Shown: positions 63,013 to 64,000 of the stretch, piece after piece
Layout of the letters: the number at the start of each line of letters is the position of its first letter
Position numbering within the stretch: position 1 is the first letter of the stretch
Source of the DNA: Lama glama
Lineage: Eukaryota
Direction: 5' to 3'
Length of the DNA: 64,000 bases
Assembly: GCA_028534125.1 (NCBI GenBank)
Contig: CM052850.1
Coordinates: forward strand, 26,536,001 to 26,600,000
Notes under the pieces: generated by a model
The model's database searches: none
The model's input: only the letters and a program-made list of their open reading frames with translations
What the model was told of the DNA's origin: nothing
Position numbers and translations under genes: made by a program

Positions 63013-64000
63013 CCAAGTGTACGACTGTGGCTGCCTGACTGAGGCAGGAGGGAGGGGTGGGGAGAACTCTCCGGCACCCTGTGGAGGCAGGACGGCCCCT
63101 AAAGGTGCCCCTCGTTCCCGGAACCTGCGCCTGTGCTGCGCCACCTGGCCCACGAGACCAGGGTGGGCCCATTGAATAGTCCACGCCCTTAAGTGAGAAC
63201 TTCCTCCGGCCGGGGATGCGGGGCTGTGTGAGGGCTCCACACAGGCTAGGCAGGGCAGTGCGGCCTCAGGCGGAGCCTGTGGGGCCCCGGGAGGGCCAGC
63301 CACCCACCTGGACCTTGACCTGAGGACCGGCTTGGTCTTGCCACCTCAGCGATTGTGGTCATTCTTCGAGGGAGGGAGAAACTCCCACGCGTACTGTTTA
63401 AAACCGTCTTGATCATTGAACTCTGTGAGTATGTTACCCTTTCAAAACAAAAGAGGCAAACGCAAAAATCAAAATTAAAGAGGGCAGCCCTGCAGTGGGC
63501 AGTTTTGTTCCAAGGAGGAGAAGCGGGGGTTTTAAATGTTTACGCTCAACATTGAACGCACCCTAAACACAAGACCATACCTGTGCTGACCAAACATTTA
63601 AGGAGCATTTATACAAAGTATTTATTTACACAGCTCAGCAGGGGAGTGATCGGCCCTGAGAGCCTGCGGAAAGGGGTAAGATGGCCTCTTTTAGTTCTGC
63701 CTGACGCCCCTGGAAACGAACAGCCCTCCGTAAAGCCACAAGCCCAGGTACGTGAATGTGTTCCCTCGATCTAGGGTCCCTGCGAAGGCCTCTGCCGCTC
63801 CCAGGCACCCCCACAGCCTGAGCCCCCGCTCACCACACAGTGCTCCTCCTGGCTGCCCCGCCGTGGACACCACCGCTCCCCGACGCAGGCCGGCCAGTGG
63901 CCCCGAGCTGGAAGCTGCATCTGGCGCCAGATCACAGAGGGGGCCTCCCAACGCCCCACCCCCAGCCTCCTGAGTGTGGACTCTGCCCAGGAGGAGAGGG

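Noticed and set aside
55700-64000. DPEP1 exons (expected downstream by synteny)
   Set aside because: No dipeptidase-like coding sequence seen; non-coding first exons cannot be identified from sequence alone

Overview
GC-rich mammalian genomic DNA, syntenic with the human 16q24.3 block SPG7-RPL13(SNORD68)-CPNE7, all on the + strand. The recurrent tRNA-derived SINE (GGGGAGGGTATAGCTCAAGTGGTAGAG...CTAATTACCTCCCCC) looks camelid (Vic-1-like); this species assignment is an inference. SPG7/paraplegin is intact (17 GT-AG exons, 8596-31029, 802 aa). RPL13 is intact (5'TOP exon plus 5 coding exons, 211 aa) and hosts the C/D snoRNA SNORD68. The main result is that CPNE7 (copine-7, 43395-55487) appears to be a unitary pseudogene. 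All 15 exons are recognisable, but there are four frameshifted exons, one destroyed acceptor, two lost donors and substitutions at conserved residues, while the CpG island is retained. Other notable structure: a 216-bp, ~97% identical inverted duplication in SPG7 intron 3, a 28-bp promoter VNTR that multiplies an NRF1 site, and a pure (GGGGCC)4 tract in SPG7 exon 1. Comparisons with human proteins are from recalled sequences, not computed alignments.
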